Assembly (NCBI RefSeq): GCF_001194135.2
Contig: NC_068997.1
Span: 56,602,355-56,666,354, forward strand
DNA length: 64,000 nt
Reading direction: 5' to 3'
Source: Octopus bimaculoides
Lineage: Eukaryota
The notes below the pieces were generated by a model. It saw nothing but the letters and a program-made list of their open reading frames with translations. It had not been told where the DNA came from and did no database searches. A program made the position numbers and the translations under genes. Within the stretch, counting starts at the first letter, position 1, and each line of letters starts with the position of its first letter. This document shows, one piece after another, positions 51,472 to 64,000 of the stretch.

Positions 51472-51784
51472 TGGCGATCTTTCGATACCAGTACCAAATA
51501 TCGGCCTTTTCCGTAAAAAGTGTCTTCGGCGATCTTTACCAAAGATCGACCTTTTCCGTAGAAAGGGAACCCGTGTTAGGGTTAGGGTTAGTTTTAGGGA
51601 CGGAATTCCCTAACCGAAACCCTAACTCTAAAACCCTAATCGTAACCCTAACCCCTTCAAACCCTAACCGTAACCCTTCAAAAGAAATCGCGCTCTGTAT
51701 CTCTTTCGCTTTTACGACGTCGTTTCCCTCCAACACTTTTTACGGAAAAGGCCGATCATTGGTACTGGTATCGTAAGATCGCCA
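51472..51784. mobile_element. MITE (313 bp, 52-bp TIRs) with internal inverted telomere-like repeats
   Basis: TIRs 51472-51523 and 51733-51784 (3 mismatches). TTAGGGTTAGGGTTAG at 51576-51591 faces CCCTAA/ACCCTAA units at 51608-51676. An extra half-copy of the TIR sits at 51285-51361. Confidence 0.85.
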
Positions 51785-53587
51785 CACCCGCAATTGCATT
51801 AGACATTCTAAAATATTAAATTTCACTCAATTTTAAAAAAGGTAAACTCGGACAGAATTTACGGGATGACCTGATATTTCCATGAATATATATGTATCTA
51901 TTGTTACAAAGTTACAAAAACTAAAAGTAAAAGAAAAAAGACTAGTAGTAGGAGGAGGAGAGGGATGAGAAAGAAGAACAAAGAAGTTTTCGTGGTCTCC
52001 AGTATTTCCAGCATAGGAATCTGAAGAAAGTTCCCAAAGCAACAACAATTTGCTACTGCTACAAGAGGGAAGGGATAGGTGCGCTCAGTCTTTGTGCATA
52101 TTTCGGACATCACTACTCGATGCATTCTTCTTTTTTTCAAGATATTTGGTGGGATTTGAGGGAAATTCTTAAATTCCAGCTGGTCTTGAACTGACAGACG
52201 CAGGTTTCTTCTTTGGCTCAGTATTTCCTACACTCAGTTGTATGACGTTGCCAAAACGATCTCTTCCTTAAGATAAGTTCATGCGAGTATGGATATATAC
52301 ATATCTATGAGTATCGGTATGAGTATGTATATCTAACTATCTATATGTGTGCATATACATTNNNNNNNNNNTATATATATATAAATGTATATGCATATAT
52401 GTATATTGTATACAACAAGAACTAATATGTCTCTTTTAATAGAAACAAAAGGGTTTATAGGACAGCAAAAGAAGTGAACAAATAGAAATGAGACGAAGAT
52501 ATAGGAGCATTGGTTATAGAACAAAGATTAAATTTCCGTCAACGACTTTACATACAACATCACCCCTCAAACATTTTATCATATCTAAAAAACTCACCAT
52601 GGTTCATAAACACATAAAAATAATACATATACATAAAATCACAGAAGGTAAAAATGTACAATCGAATAAAATACAAATGGAACGGCCAATCAAAAATGTT
52701 AAAAATATAAACGGTTAAAAATTCAAAAACTACCAAAAATCTTAAAAGACAAACATAAAATAAGTAGAGGTAAAAATTTAAAAAATGTCCACCGACTAAA
52801 AAAGTTTTATCAGACGATTAAAATATTTTTTTAAATTAGAATTTTTTTTTTTTTTTAAATATTTGAAAAAATAATTGAAAAAAAGACTTTTATTTACCTC
52901 ATACAGGTACATCCAAAGTTCCTAAGTAAACAGACTTCCACGAATCAAATTCACAGACATCTTGAAAAAAGTCTTTTACTCCCGCCACACAGGTAAATTC
53001 AAAAGTTCGTAATGAGCAGACTTTAAAAGCCAAATTCAACATTCACCAAATACAACATGGCGATGACCCCCCACCTCATCAAGATAAACAAGAAACAGGA
53101 GACACTCACAGATCAAATTTTTTTTAATTAAAGACTTACACTGTTTTTGTAAAGCTTATATAATTTTAAAGAAAACCCCGCCAACGGACCAGTCCAAATT
53201 TTCTAACAAAAAAGTCAATTGCTAAACACCCAGGTGGTTGCAGTTAGCAGAAATTCAACGTCGCCAGTTTCAAATCCCCGTAACGCTAAACAATTTTATT
53301 ACATCTACTTTTATTTCTATACACTTTCAAAAAAGGTGGACGAAAACCTATGATTGCAAAAAAGGGATCACTTCAGTAAATCTATTCAAAGCTTTTGGCC
53401 CCAAAGACTTAAGAATGGCAAGGGACTCTTTAACACACAACTTATACTTATTTATATTTACTCTGAAGTAAGGGGCTCTCGAAATAATGGACCATTCCAG
53501 AGATTAACTCTTAAATGTTTGAGGCGTGGTGTATGTTAAGTCGTTGTCCCAAATTTAATGTTTCTTCTATAACCAATGCTTCTTTAT

Positions 53588-53655
<68 letters not shown>

Positions 53656-54249
53656 AATATTTATTTGTATGTAGACAGACAGACAGACACACACACATAC
53701 ATGTGTTAATTAGCACCAACATAACTCCAATATACATCTTTTTGTTGTTGCTTTATTCTTTCCTTTCACATGTCTTACCCTCCCCCCTTCCCGACTGTTT
53801 GCACCTTCACACTCACTATCAGTATTCATCGTCACCCACCCCTCCATCGCCATTCACCATCTGTTACCACGTCTTTCCTCTCCCTTCTCATTCCCTTCCA
53901 ACAATATTCACACAAACACTACTAACACACACAAGCGCACACACACGCACACACACGCAGGAAATGACACCTCACTAAACTACTATCATTCGCCGCTCAA
54001 CGTTCAACGTGTCAAGACGTCTTTCTGCCCTTCTAACTTGTACTTAACCCCACCGCAACCCCACCCTTCTCTCTCTCTCTCTGATCTCTTTTGGCTTCGA
54101 CACTCGATATTCGGTCGTTCGAGCTCGTAAGCTCTCTGTTCACTGAATTAATGACTGAGTATTCCGCAAACACACATAACATCAGTTAATCTTCCATCAA
54201 TATATCCAGTGACTAATTCAATGAATGGGTAGTCCATTTCATCGAACAG

Positions 54250-54400
54250 GCTTCTGTACAGTTTCCCCTTTACCAAATTCCACTCACAAAACATTTGTTA
54301 ACCCAAAGTTATTACTGGTATCACTTTCCCAATGTGCTGTACTACAGAATAGAACGTGAAACCGCGTAGTTACAAATTAAAACTTTAACTGCAGGACTAA
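54250..54400 (-). mobile_element. SINE family A fragment
   Basis: CAGTTTCC..TACCAAATTCCACTCACAAAAC...CACTTTCCCAATGTGC. Confidence 0.6.
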
Positions 54401-55669
54401 GCTGGTGATTGACTATGCAGCCATTTACGTTTCTGTTAGTATCAGCCCTGATTTAACAGACCTGGGATAAAAGACGTTCCAGGTATGACCTTCCTTACGA
54501 GATCAGGAAAAAAGAACTTGACTGAGGGTTTTAGCTGGTTTTACTGACTCAGAACTCGAATGAAATATATCAATCTTTATATAAAATCTGAAAGAGCTGA
54601 CAAAAATTAAATAGGAAAACATTCCTGATATTTTGGTAAAGAAAATCGGTATCATTCGAATGGTAAAACAATGTTGCGTGCGAATAAGACTGGCCTATTC
54701 TGACAAAGAATGCCATAAAAATCATTTTTTTGTTGCAGAAGAAACGATCGCAACATGTAGATCAAAGTGTTAAAAGATAGTTTAACACTCAAAAGGAAGA
54801 ATGGAAAATGTGGAATTGATTGCAAATTTTGAACTCATGAATAGGCACTTTGTACAGAAATTCTGTACCCTTTAAAGGCTATAACCAACAAGCGCTGCCA
54901 ATATTTTGGAGTCTCACCAAAAAGCATGGCTGACAAATACAATTTTTGAAGATTGATTTTTAACCAATTTTATGTTTGTTCTTAGAAAATGCGTAACTTA
55001 ATTTAATTGGTTATCTGTGTGTAATGGGCTCGACTTCATTAGAATTAACCACAATTAAATTTCAACAGCGGAGCCAGCATCAATAGCAACAACAATTGCA
55101 GTTTGGTCTTGGTGAGGGTGACCACATCAATGACAATAACAAACATTGTATGATGAAAGATATTTCTTTGTTCAACAATACATGACATCACTTCATACTT
55201 TATGAAATTTGCTCAATCTCGAGTTGACTGAGAGCATTTTAATTCAAGTTTCAAATCAATGCATTTGTTTGACAGTCAGAGAACATTGAAAGATTAAAGC
55301 AATTTTCAGTTGTAAAATGGAATTTAGAAATTACATTTTTACGAAGAAACACTTGTTCGGTTTTCCCGCATTCCAATGTTTTATTGAAGTAAAAAGTCAT
55401 TTCTAGAACTTGATTACCTCACAACATCGTTATCGTACAAAAGACATTTCGTTTTCAGTTTTCAATACAAACAAATGAACCAATGAAGAAGGGTGAACCG
55501 ACAAAAGGCTCAGTCAACCCACAACAAAGCTACGAAAGGAAATACGAAAACAAGTGGAGCCAACAAGCGGTTACCACAGAGTTGGTCAATTTTCGCAAGA
55601 ATGGAAAATGTTCATAACACATACACACGCACATATGTATATGGGAGTTTGTATGTGTGTGTGTATATA

Positions 55670-55738
<69 letters not shown>

Positions 55739-56371
55739 NNNNNNNNNNNNNNNNNNNNNNNNNNNNNNNNNNNNNNNNNNNNNNNNNNNNNNNNNNNNNN
55801 NNNNNNNNNNNNNNNNNNNNNNNNNNNNNNNNNNNNNNNNNNNNNNNNNNNNNNNNNNNNNNNNNNNNNNNNNNNNNNNNNNNNNNNNNNNNNNNNNNNN
55901 NNNNNNNNNNNNNNNNNNNNNNNNNNNNNNNNNNNNNNNNNNNNNNNNNNNNNNNNNNNNNNNNNNNNNNNNNNNNNNNNNNNNNNNNNNNNNNNNNNNN
56001 NNNNNNNNNNNNNNNNNNNNNNNNNNNNNNNNNNNNNNNNNNNNNNNNNNNNNNNNNNNNNNNNNNNNNNNNNNNNNNNNNNNNNNNNNNNNNNNNNNNN
56101 NNNNNNNNNNNNNNNNNNNNNNNNNNNNNNNNNNNNNNNNNNNNNNNNNNNNNNNNNNNNNNNNATAATTTGTCATTGATGATAAAACTTCAGGTGGTTC
56201 TTCATAGGAATCTTTGTTTTTGACATTTCTTTGACAAAACAATGAATAGAAGATGGAATACAATGATATTGCAAAACATAAAAGAGAAAATATTTTATAA
56301 AACTAGTCTGAAGTCGTCAATATATCTTTTAGGTATAGATTTATCTTATATGCAAATCCTCCTTCCAATAA

Positions 56372-56646
56372 ATTATTATTATTTTCCCTTTATCTCAGGC
56401 TTTGTTGGAGCGCTTGGAGTCTTGCATGCATAGCGGGCTTACTACCTGCAGCCTATGGTACCATGGTATCAGTTCTTTTCAACTATCTAATACTTTCCTG
56501 GTTATTCTGGCCGTGCCAAGGAGGCAGAACTTTTGTAACAGTTCTACTGGGCACTTTGTTCCAATTTCCTTTATATTCCTCTTGATGTTTTCTGATATTG
56601 TTCCCAAGGACCCAACAATAATTGGCTATTTCGTACTTCAGAGGGC

Positions 56647-56687
<41 letters not shown>

Positions 56688-56692
56688 TTATC

Positions 56693-56752
<60 letters not shown>

Positions 56753-56900
56753 GCGCCTTCCTTCTTGGCTATTCGTTGTTCAAAGGGGCATGCAACATCA
56801 ACTTGGAGAATGCCTCTCCTGATTTCTATTGTCCCTAAACTTCTTCCATATGCTGTCACTTCCGTCCTCCACTTCACCATACTTTTTCCAAGCAGTCGCT
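56372..56900 (-). pseudogene. R4/Dong-like LINE 3' end (RLE domain) interrupted by (GATA)n
   Basis: ILQVDVACPFEQRIAKKEGAK-[GATA]n-LKYEIA..PIIVGSLGTISENIKRNIKEIGTKCPVELLQKFCLLGTARITRKVLDS* (stop at 56479-56481), then a short (TAA)n tail. Confidence 0.9.
56650..56749. repeat. (ATCT)n microsatellite
   Basis: Direct sequence. Confidence 0.95.
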
Positions 56901-58271
56901 AAACATTCACATGTGTGTGTGTTGGTGATCTCATATCAGGATGAACAGCACATAATCTTGCAGGGAGGTCCCACTTAGAATTTTCTTCAGGTCGAAAGGT
57001 CCGTGAATAGTTGTTTAAGGGTCATGAAAGAAAAGTCAATCGCAGAAGATTGGTTAATGAAAAAGTGATTACACTGGCAGTGCCCCAGCATGACCACAGC
57101 CTAATAACTGAAACGTAGAAAAGAAAAGAAAGAATAAAAATGTGTGTGACAGAACACCATCTTGTGTATATAGTACTCTATTGTCGCTTCCTAATTTTGT
57201 AATTTGAGAGAAACATTGCTTGTTACCTCCAGCAGATTGAGCGATCCTGTTGAAGTTGTCTTCCTGGCTGCATACACAGATACCGCCCTGACGTGCGTAA
57301 GTTGTTCAACACTGATGCAGTAAGTATCCCAGAAAATATCTAAGTCTGTTAGAAACACGCTTCTTTCTTTTCTCAAGAACATTGTTGGTGAAGTATGAAT
57401 TACTTCTCATTCACTACCTTATAGAGATTGTTCGTGTAAGTTGTGGAGTGAAGTATGATTTAGTGCTTGTGTGATAAGTCGCTTCGGTTACATATATAGA
57501 TATACCTGCATAAGCTCTCTTATAGAAAGAATTATGGTGATGCTGACATCAATATCTGACTTTATGTTGCAATACCTTCCAGTAATGACATGCATCTCTT
57601 TGAACACATTCCTATAGAAAATTCAAATTCATGCCATGCTGAGCATCATGGGAATCTATACATCAATATCACATGATTGGAAAGTGATAAAGCTTTGGTT
57701 AGCAAATCTTCAGGGCTTCAGCATCCTGTAATCTCATTATTATTTCAGACATGACGATAACATAAGCTAGGTCACTGTTATCAAGGGATATTCCTACAAA
57801 CTGTCTGTATGTGTGTACCTGTATGCCACTACATGGCTTTATATTTCTCTATGTATATTTCTTATTTCTCTATGTGAATGCGACTGCGTTGTTAACCCAT
57901 GAATGTATCTACATCACTTTGTATAGGTATATAGATATATAAATATATATATGTGTGTATACATACATACAAACATGCATACGTGCATATGTACATATAT
58001 AAACCTAAATATATACGCTCACATACACATATTTTGCGTATTCATGTGTGTGTATAAGCATGTTTATATGGGGGAGGGGGTGCTTCAGTGTATATAAGCA
58101 GATACATATGTCTATATCTGAATGAGCATAAACAAATATTTTATTGCTATTATTCGTATACATTCAGATATTAGTGTGCGCCAGCGTCTTTTCAGACACG
58201 TGTGTATGTATATATCACTCGTCATATACATGTATGTTTGTATGCATGCAATTCTTATGCCATATATAACT

Positions 58272-58319
<48 letters not shown>

Positions 58320-58719
58320 TATATGTGTGTATGCACACAGACACACATACACACACACAGATAAACACACGCACGCAAAGGCAATTCCATATGCTCAGTT
58401 TTATATTCCTCTCTGTCGCCCACGTTTTCTCTTTGTATTTGGATACGTAAATATTTCTATACGAGCAAATGCATGGAATCTGTGTCTGCATGTAACAATG
58501 ACAATGAAATGTATATGTATATAAAATATATTTGCATATACACTCGTGTGTACATACATATATTCATATATAATAGATCAAGTACAGGACATGACCAACG
58601 AGTGAAAAATACGCAGACACCACATACATATCTATATATATATATATATTCACATATATAAGATTTACCTTTCTATATGTGTACATGCAGCCATATTGCC
58701 ATGTGTGATTATGCATATG

Positions 58720-58771
<52 letters not shown>

Positions 58772-59143
58772 TGTGTGTGAGTCTGTGTGTGTAAATGCAT
58801 ATATGTGTATGTGCAAGTGCATGTATATCTACATGAGCATGTGCATGTGTAGGTGTTGAAATGTATGTTTTAGCGTGTGTAGAAAGGTGAAAGCGAAACA
58901 AGCATATAAAACGCTGAATAAATAAACGCAGCAGCGTTTTCGCCGAAACTGAAAGAATCATCAGACACTGACCACAATAATGAGTGTGGCCTTTGAATTG
59001 GCCACGTTTATGTATTTGCGTATTGAGAAGGGTAAATGGGGCTGAAACTAATTAGATCGTTTTAATTATTTTCTCTCGTTTGATCAGAAAACAGATAAAA
59101 TCATCAGTGCTCTCAGATAATTATTACAGTGTATTTGTAGAAC

Positions 59144-59178
<35 letters not shown>

Positions 59179-60574
59179 ATGTGTTTGTCTGTGCATGTAT
59201 CTGTGTGTTTCTGTGTCTGTGCCTCAGAGTTCATGCGCTTGTGTTGAGTGCATGTGTAATGCTTTTGCCTATAAATCTGTGAATATATGTCATGTTTCTG
59301 AGCGTGTGTGTGTGTCTTTGGATGCTTGTGTTTATGAGTGTTCTGAATGTGCGTACGCATGTGTGCGTGTGCGTGTTTATTTCCTGCAGCTCTGATTACG
59401 AAATGTGGTCACTATAATTGATCGTTCCTCGGTTCTGACCAGATATAATTATCAAGCGTCTTTCATTGCAAAACTATTGTAAATATTAGGGCATGTGACC
59501 TTTGACCGATTCACCTCCGTACTATTTCGGCCAAATTAACTCGCAAGCTGACAGCAGCCACTTGCAAATACGCATAAACTTCATTTCATATCTCTCTTAA
59601 ATTTCACTTACTCGTATTTCATTTTGCACCAATATTTCACACGCACATTTAACACCCATATTTCATACACTAACTTATATTTTACACTACTAATCTTGCA
59701 TCAGCGATAGTTGCTTTTTTTTTTCTCTCTTTTCTTTTATTATGGTGGGTGGGATATTCGGGAGAGTATTTCTATTTCCTTGACAATATCCATGTTTTTT
59801 TTTTTGTATGTATTGAATTTGAAATTAATGTTTTCATCAACTTAAATTCTTGATAACGACGAATCAAAATTTTGCAAAATAAATAAAGAAAGAAAGAAAG
59901 AAAAAATGATGCTGATGATGAAGGGGAGGAGGTGGAGTAAGGTGATGATAATAATGTGCTGATGATGACGGTGACGATATAAATGAATAAAATAAATTAA
60001 AAACTTAAATTGAATTCAATATAAAAACATTATCAATTCAAATTCAAATTTCAAGGATCTTCCGTATATTTTTCTTTTATTTTTTACTATGGTATTTTAT
60101 TTTCGTTACAATTTTTATTTTATTTTCATTTTATTTTTTACTATGGTATTTTATTTTATTTACAATTTTTCAACAATTCTTTATTCAAATTCCTCACTTT
60201 CACTGATTTAAGTTTGTGAAAATATTTCAATTTGAATTTTTAAATTGAATTTCAAAATTCTGGAAAAATATGCTTAGTGATTTTTTTTTCTTTAACTTTA
60301 ATGCAAATTATTTTTAATTTTCTTCCCTTGATATATGGAATAATTACAGGAATCTAAACAGAAATCCACTGCCTTGTATATACAGAGTTCTTGGAGAAAA
60401 TATTCCATGTTTAAACACTCTAACCAAAATAAATATTTACTCAATCAGTTAGTTTCTTTCCAGTTTTATCAGATTTTATTGTTTTGAGTCAGAAGTTTTG
60501 CAATACATATTTTGGTACCTCTTTTTTTTTTTTCTTTTTTTTTCGCTTTATTCTTCAAGTTACAACAAAAGCAG

Positions 60575-60720
60575 TCCCGAATTCAAAGCAGGGTCCAATC
60601 GTGTCTGAAGCCATTTTTTGCCAATTCTTTGATCCCATACTGATACCAGTTCTTGTTCTTCGAGGGGGAGAACTCCTTCACTGAAATTTCCGTCTCCTCT
60701 TGGTTGATGAAGTGTTTTTT
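60575..60720 (-). pseudogene. Mariner transposase C-terminal fragment
   Basis: KHFINQEETEISVKEFSPSKNKNWYQYGIKELAK resembles the mariner F..K...FY..GI..L..RW terminus. Confidence 0.6.
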
Positions 60721-60999
60721 CTTTTGTTTTTCCTACACGCGAATTATTCCCACTTGAACGTACAGTTTGCAAGGTTTTGCATTGATGCTACCAAAATGTG
60801 TTGTTCCATCTAACATTGGAGACCTATCATTGTCAACAATGTCTCAAACTCTATATTTCCTTCTAATAGGGAGCTAAGAATAGGCAATGAACTTTGAAGT
60901 TAGAATCCAGAGCTCTAGAAATGATGTGGTAACACATCTAATTTGAAGGTCTAAAACTTTCACCAAACCACCACCTAATTTCATTCATCGATTCTGAAA

Positions 61000-61115
61000 A
61001 GGTAAAATGGCAAATTGACTTTGGCGGGATTTGATCTCAGATCACAGAGACCTGGAACAAATACCACAAGGTATGCTATTTGGTGCTATAATGATTCTGC
61101 CAATTCACAATCCTA
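61000..61115 (-). mobile_element. SINE family C fragment
   Basis: ATCGATTCTGAAAAGGTAAAATGGCAAATTGACTTTGGCGGGATTTGATCTCAG...ATAATGATTCTGCCAATTCAC. Confidence 0.75.
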
Positions 61116-61131
61116 ATATTAAATATATGTA

Positions 61132-61335
61132 AAGCGGTGAGCGGGAAGGATCGTTAGCATACCTGACAAAATACTGCTAAGCATTTTATCCGTCTACGCG
61201 TTCTGACTTCAAATTCCACCGAGGTTGACTTTACCTCTCATTCTTTTGCAGTTAGTAGAGTTAGAAAAATAAGTCCTAATCGAGGTCGATGTTACCAACT
61301 CCACAGAGTTTGCTGGCCTTGCGCTAAAATTTGAA
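61132..61335 (+). mobile_element. SINE family C, near complete
   Basis: AAGCGGTGAGCGGGAAGGATCGTTAGCA...TTCAAATTCCACCGAGGTTGACTTTACCTCTCATTC...GGTCGATGT...GCTGGCCTTGCGCTAAAATTTGAAA. Confidence 0.8.
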
Positions 61336-63450
61336 ATTAATATTAAGTATATATTGTTAAACTGCTGAAATATTCCATTGTCTACACACGAGAGACACAT
61401 TCCTAATTACGTGCTTCCTCGGTAATCAGTCCCATATAGCAAATAACCAATATACAGCAGCATTAGTGTAGTGGCGCTTCAATTACTGATCTACCAGCTG
61501 TGTTATTTGTCCTACTACTACTACTACTACTATGAAGCATATCTACAAATCTTTGGCATTAACTGTATTTGTACATTAATTAAATGTATTACACATAATA
61601 CAGTCGAAAATGATTGTCATGTTAATTAAACAACCTGACCATAGACAGTAAAATTAGGATCGATCTGACAGCACTGTTTCTGGTATTATCATACTTTCGT
61701 CATCAATTGATTGCACAATATTTTACTTCCATTGGGAAATTGTATTTCGAGTCACTGTGGTGGCGTTTCGTTACATTCTTTGATGGGCAGCTTTAAAATT
61801 CCTTTATAGTAACGTGAGTTTTTATCCTTCCAAAGTCGATAAAATAAGCAAATATTGGAGGAAATGACTTCTACGTAGTGGTTCGATAAGCTAGAAATAG
61901 TAACCAAATATCTTTTTAATCACATCCTATCATCTTCAAATAGAGTGAACGTATATTCAAAATAATGTAGTCGTGGGTATTTTATATCTGAAATAAAGGC
62001 AAGAGAGAGTCATGGCTGGAATTCCTCTAATCATAGATCCGTCTGCTAAATCGCGGCTGGCTAGAAGCTAAACAACAACAACAATCTGGAATTGATTATA
62101 GGTCTGTTCAATCAGAGCTAACTTGGAGCTATAAAACAACAAAATCTACACGAATAACAACGTAAATAGTGGGCAGGCTGATATAATCGATTATCCCATA
62201 GAATAGTGAGCTCCAACATGGCCGTGGCATAAAAGCCTGAAAGACTAAAAGAATAAAGAAATCCTGCAATGTAATATCAGCTTGAAATATCAGATTGTTC
62301 TGGTGTTATTGTACTGTAATTAATCAGGGAATTGGTTGTATAGACATAAATTCTAAGCTTCCCTTTTGATCTGCAGATAAACAGTTTTCCCGATAAAATC
62401 AGTTGAGAATGGCTTTTGTATCTTGATGTGATTTCTAGAGTAATTTGTCTTCTTCTCTTTGCTAAATGTTCGCACATCCATGTTCAATTGAAATATTGGT
62501 TTATGTTAAAATATTGTGGCATTAAATGGCAGTAGAGAAGTAGGAAATAGGTTAAAGATGCCTGCAGTATAAGCCATTAAAAGCTTGATGCGAAGATGTC
62601 TACGGGAAAACAGGACATGCATTTTTGCACTTTTTCTCGTTTCATTCTTAGTTGTTTCCATTAAGACGTTTTGCATGTAAATATATATATATGTGTGTGT
62701 ATATATATATGTGTGTGTGTGTGCGTGTGTGCGTGTGTGTGCGTGTGTGTGTGTGTGCGTGTGTGTGAGTGTATGTGTGCAAGTGTGCGTTTGTGTGTGT
62801 GTATGTCTTGTTCGTTCATAGACATGGAGTATCTCTCCTCATAAGCAACTCATTTTGATGTGGTCCCATACGCATATATATATGTATATATATATATATN
62901 NNNNNNNNNNNNNNNNNNNNNNNNNNNNNNNNNNNNNNNNNNNNNNNNNNNNNNNNNNNNNNNNNNNNNNNNNNNNNNNNNNNNNNNNNNNNNNNNNNNN
63001 NNNNNNNNNNNNNNNNNNNNNNNNNNNNNNNNNNNNNNNNNNNNNNNNNNNNNNNNNNNNNNNNNNNNNNNNNNNNNNNNNNNNNNNNNNNNNNNNNNNN
63101 NNNNNNNNNNNNNNNNNNNNNNNNNNNNNNNNNNNNNNNNNNNNNNNNNNNNNNNNNNNNNNNNNNNNNNNNNNNNNNNNNNNNNNNNNNNNNNNNNNNN
63201 NNNNNNNNNNNNNNNNNNNNNNNNNNNNNNNNNNNNNNNNNNNNNNNNNNNNNNNNNNNNNNNNNNNNNNNNNNNNNNNNNNNNNNNNNNNNNNNNNNNN
63301 NNNNNNNNNNNNNNNNNNNNNNNNNNNNNNNNNNNNNNNNNNNNNNNNNNNNNNNNNNNNNNNNNNNNNNNNNNNNNNNNNNNNNAATAATATATTCCTC
63401 TATACACAATCATACAAAAAAACCCCACCTTTTTTGTATTTATTTTTACT

Positions 63451-63498
<48 letters not shown>

Positions 63499-63936
63499 CC
63501 TTAGTAGTTCACTGGTACTGCATTATATTAACGCCAGAAGGATTGAAGTCAAAGCGGATTCTGATGGGATTTTAATTAGGAACATAAATACTACAAGCTA
63601 CCTTGCCTCATAATGATGCTTCAGCGTTCACGCAATGAAAAGATCTTTGACCGACGGTTCACATGAATTCGGAAGAGATCAAGTATTTCAACCTTCGAAC
63701 CTTCAAAATACACTTACTTGACAAGGACAGTCAATTTACTCACGGCTGAAGATCGGTAGGGCTCATGCCGTATCACACCATGTCACGCTGTGGTATAACA
63801 CGAAGAAGTGGCAAGATATAAAACATATTGCATCTACTTAGAAATTTTATGCGGAAGGAAAAAATAAACAAAGTGATATATTTGGAGTGATGAGAAGGAA
63901 GACATTGATAAAAATTGCATAAACATATGCACTCAG

Positions 63937-63940
<4 letters not shown>

Positions 63941-64000
<60 letters not shown>
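63941..64000. repeat. (AC)n microsatellite running off the window end
   Basis: Direct sequence. Confidence 0.95.

Noticed and set aside
53054-53062. YY1-like AACATGGCG motif and nearby short ORFs
   Set aside because: Isolated motif; short frames on both strands with no discriminating evidence.
58925-58970. Minus-strand CTGATGA...GAAA with a 6-bp flanking stem
   Set aside because: No stem II pairing and no stem III or cleavage triplet.
1-64000. CRISPR arrays, rRNA, functional tRNA genes or prokaryotic operons
   Set aside because: None seen. tRNA-like sequences are SINE heads, and the only short regular array (26615-26682) has no spacers.

Overview
AT-rich, microsatellite-dense eukaryotic DNA with ten assembly gaps. 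The SINE families and the (AT)n/(GT)n/(AG)n load look like a coleoid cephalopod, most likely Octopus; this is recognition from memory, not a database result. No host protein-coding gene can be named. Most entries in the ORF track are microsatellite or N-gap artefacts. What is supported is a layered transposon graveyard: three tRNA-derived SINE families, a (CAA)n-tailed retroposon module, Penelope-like element (PLE) remnants, R4/Dong-type and RTE LINE fragments, Tc1/mariner fragments, a Chapaev-type (RAG1/Transib-like core) transposase fragment and several MITE/foldback elements. The most interesting signals are: an intact PLE-type hammerhead ribozyme (8551-8592); a tRNA-like promoter module linked to a hammerhead (12690-13085); a ~480 bp near-perfect foldback (27310-27792); and a MITE carrying inverted telomeric TTAGGG tracts (51472-51784). 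A few low-confidence exon candidates are listed for RNA-seq checking.
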